Shown here one piece after another: positions 62,252 to 64,000 of a stretch of DNA of 64,000 bases. Position 1 is the stretch's first letter. Each line of letters opens with the position of its first letter. The translations under genes were made by a program, and so were the position numbers. The notes beneath the pieces are model-generated. The model had not been told where the DNA came from and ran no database searches. It saw only the letters and a program-made list of their open reading frames with translations. The stretch is from Planctomycetota bacterium (GTDB taxonomy: Bacteria > Planctomycetota > UBA1135 > UBA2386): NCBI GenBank assembly GCA_016794035.1, contig JAEUHS010000058.1, forward strand, positions 14,854 through 78,853, written 5' to 3'.

Positions 62252-63703
62252 TCACTTCTCGCGCAGCCACGACAGGATCTCCTTCAGCTTCGGCGGGTTG
62301 CCGGTCATCAGCACGCCGACGCGGAAGATCCTGCCGGCCGCCTTGAAGGCGACGAACAGGCTGACGAGGATCAGGGCCGTGGTGACGACGTATTCGACGG
62401 CGGGCGGCGGCCCGCTGGCGCGGTTCATCATCGCGAACGGCGTGTAGATCGGGATGTAGGTGAACACCCGCGCCATCAGCCCGTTCGGCTCCTGCACGAT
62501 CGGGATCATCGCGAACAGCGGCAGCATCAGCAGCAGGAACACGGGCTGCAGCAGGTTCTGGGCCTCCTTCAGGCTGTTGCAGACCGAGCCGATGGCGACC
62601 AGCATGGCGGCGAACAGCAGGTAGCCGGTGAGGAAATAGCCGAGGAACGAGGCGATGTAGAGCGGGTCGCCGACGATCGCGAGCAGGTTGAGTTCGGCGA
62701 AGCTCGGCACGAGCTTCGGTGCGAGCCAGACCCCGATCACGCCGAACACGACCCAGGAACCGACGATCGTCAGGCCGGTGAGGCCGATGCCCCAGATCTT
62801 GCCGGACATCAGCTCGCCCGGCGAGACCGACGACAGTAGCACCTCGATGATGCGGTTGCTCTTCTCCTCGACGGTGTTGGTCAGCAGCATCTGCGCCGCC
62901 GTGAACACCGCGATCCAGAGCAGGTAGACGAACGCGACCGGCGCGAACTTGTTCGCCTTCTCCTCCTTGGTCACCGTCTCGATCTCGGCGCCGGCGCCCG
63001 GCTTCGTCGGCCGGAAGTCGACCTCTTCGCGGATGTGACGCGCCGTCGCGGCGGGGATGTTCGCCTGCTGGATGCGCTGCTGCTGGATGATGCGCGTCGC
63101 CACCCGGCTGTACCAGTTCCCCAGTTCGTTGTCGGTCTGGTTCTCGCTGACGTAGGCCAGGCCGTCCAGCGACGCGACGGGGTCCTTGTCGAAGACGAAG
63201 TAGGCGAACAACTCGCCGTCGCGCACGCGCTGGTTCAGCGCCGCCATCATCTGCTCGCGTTCGAGCCCGGCGACGCCGAGTTCGTCGGGGCTGCGGTATC
63301 GGTACTTCGCCTTGGCGTCCTGCAGCCGCGCCTGCAGCTGCGCGCGCATGGCCTCAGGCATGGCCTGCAGGCCCTGCTCCAGCAGTTCGGGGTGCTCGCG
63401 GACGGCGACGACCTGCGGGTCGCGGTAGTACTCGCTGTCCTTGGGGATCTTGTCGAGTTCCGCGCGCAGGAAGTCCGCCAGCGTGCTGGCTCGCGCCGCC
63501 CGCTCGATCTCGCCACCGATCTTCGACTCGGTGAAGTCGGCGACCGTGTAGGACTGGGTCTGCTTCGTCTTCTGCATCACCCAGCCGATGCCGAGCGCGA
63601 CGACGAAGATCGCCGGGAAGGCCAGGATGCCGAGCCAGAACGTCTTCGTGCGGACGTTGTCGAGGTACTCGCGCTGGGCGACCAGCAGGGTCTTGTTGGC
63701 CAT
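62252..63703 (-). CDS. ABC-2 type transporter permease (NatB-like)
   Basis: The start is MANKTLLVAQREYLDNVRTKTFW. It has one N-terminal TM, a large extracytoplasmic loop and 5 C-terminal TM helices. The upstream 42 codons of the track ORF are a shadow. Confidence 0.8.
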   Translation of the reverse strand: MANKTLLVAQREYLDNVRTKTFWLGILAFPAIFVVALGIGWVMQKTKQTQSYTVADFTESKIGGEIERAARASTLADFLRAELDKIPKDSEYYRDPQVVAVREHPELLEQGLQAMPEAMRAQLQARLQDAKAKYRYRSPDELGVAGLEREQMMAALNQRVRDGELFAYFVFDKDPVASLDGLAYVSENQTDNELGNWYSRVATRIIQQQRIQQANIPAATARHIREEVDFRPTKPGAGAEIETVTKEEKANKFAPVAFVYLLWIAVFTAAQMLLTNTVEEKSNRIIEVLLSSVSPGELMSGKIWGIGLTGLTIVGSWVVFGVIGVWLAPKLVPSFAELNLLAIVGDPLYIASFLGYFLTGYLLFAAMLVAIGSVCNSLKEAQNLLQPVFLLLMLPLFAMIPIVQEPNGLMARVFTYIPIYTPFAMMNRASGPPPAVEYVVTTALILVSLFVAFKAAGRIFRVGVLMTGNPPKLKEILSWLREK

Positions 63704-63705
63704 GG

Positions 63706-64000
63706 TCAGCGTCCTCCGGCGGCGGCGAGCAGGCGCTGGTCGGCCTCTGCGACGGTGCGGATGAACACTTCGTGCAGCGACGGCTCGCGGTAGTCGAAGC
63801 GCTTCACGGTCACCTGCTCGAGCAGCCACCGCAGCGCCTGCTGCGGGTCGGCATCGGGGCGCAGGAAGATCTCGGCGTGCTTGCCGTTGTCGTTGACGCG
63901 CGCGGCGCCGGGCAGGTCCTTCAATGCGCGGCCGTCGCCGTCGTAGTCGAGCTGGATGCCGAGGTCGCGGCCCTGCTTGATCTCGGTCAGCGTGCCGGCG
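63706..64000 (-). CDS. ABC transporter ATP-binding protein, C-terminal part only (5' end beyond the window)
   Basis: The frame is open from the window edge. It reads ...TLTEIKQGRDLGIQLDYDGDGRALKDLPGAARVNDNGKHAEIFLRPDADPQQALRWLLEQVTVKRFDYREPSLHEVFI, which looks like the C-terminal accessory domain of NatA-type ATPases. The stop lies 2 nt before the permease start. Confidence 0.6.
   Translation of the reverse strand, partial: AGTLTEIKQGRDLGIQLDYDGDGRALKDLPGAARVNDNGKHAEIFLRPDADPQQALRWLLEQVTVKRFDYREPSLHEVFIRTVAEADQRLLAAAGGR

Noticed and set aside
1-64000. A window-wide check for mobile elements, prophage, defence islands, CRISPR-Cas, rRNA and tRNA.
   Set aside because: I saw no integrase, transposase, recombinase, phage structural, restriction or cas-like motifs in any supported frame, and no rRNA or tRNA signatures. 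Composition is uniform apart from the short features reported.

Overview
This is a 64-kb, very GC-rich (roughly 70% or more by eye), tightly packed chromosomal segment from an unidentified diderm bacterium. I cannot assign a taxon from this window. I support about 57 protein-coding genes (one truncated at each window edge), one gene remnant, one tandem-repeat array, one long inverted-repeat pair and a few hairpins. I saw no rRNA, tRNA, CRISPR array, transposase, integrase or phage genes.

Most content is housekeeping:
- Translation and RNA: miaA, prfC, pcnB, queC.
- Envelope and membrane: yidC, lgt, gmhB.
- Metabolism: ndk, gnd, folP, purD, purQ, purS-purL, panB.
- Interspersed with these are envelope and secreted proteins, two ECF sigma modules and glycosyltransferases.

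The ORF track includes many very long Arg/Ala/Pro-rich ORFs. These are antisense or off-frame shadows typical of high-GC DNA, and I rejected them.

The most interesting signal is a thioredoxin-fold, iodothyronine-deiodinase-like gene on the minus strand (31961..32824).
- The ORF track splits it in two at a single in-frame TGA (32600..32602).
- That TGA sits exactly at the catalytic Sec/Cys position of the G-S-x-T-U-P-P-F motif.
- A hairpin 21 nt downstream has an apical sequence, GCAGGUCUGC, that matches my recollection of the SelB-binding tip of the E. coli fdhF SECIS.
- A YedF-type selenium-metabolism DsrE-like gene lies 15 kb away.
- Together these point to selenocysteine recoding.

Other notable items:
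- A divergent actin-like ATPase paired with a coiled-coil partner.
- A chorismate mutase divergently paired with a long U32 (RlhA/TrhP-like) protein.
- A GT2 / GT2-FemAB fusion operon.
- A single-polypeptide membrane-tethered ECF sigma factor.
- A histidine-kinase-like gene with Asp in place of the phospho-accepting His.
- An internally deleted mgtE remnant.
- A 36-bp tandem array in a convergent intergenic gap.
- A 23-nt inverted-repeat pair, possibly a MITE, in the only long intergenic region.

All calls come from reading the sequence and from recalled family motifs. No searches were run, and start codons are approximate.
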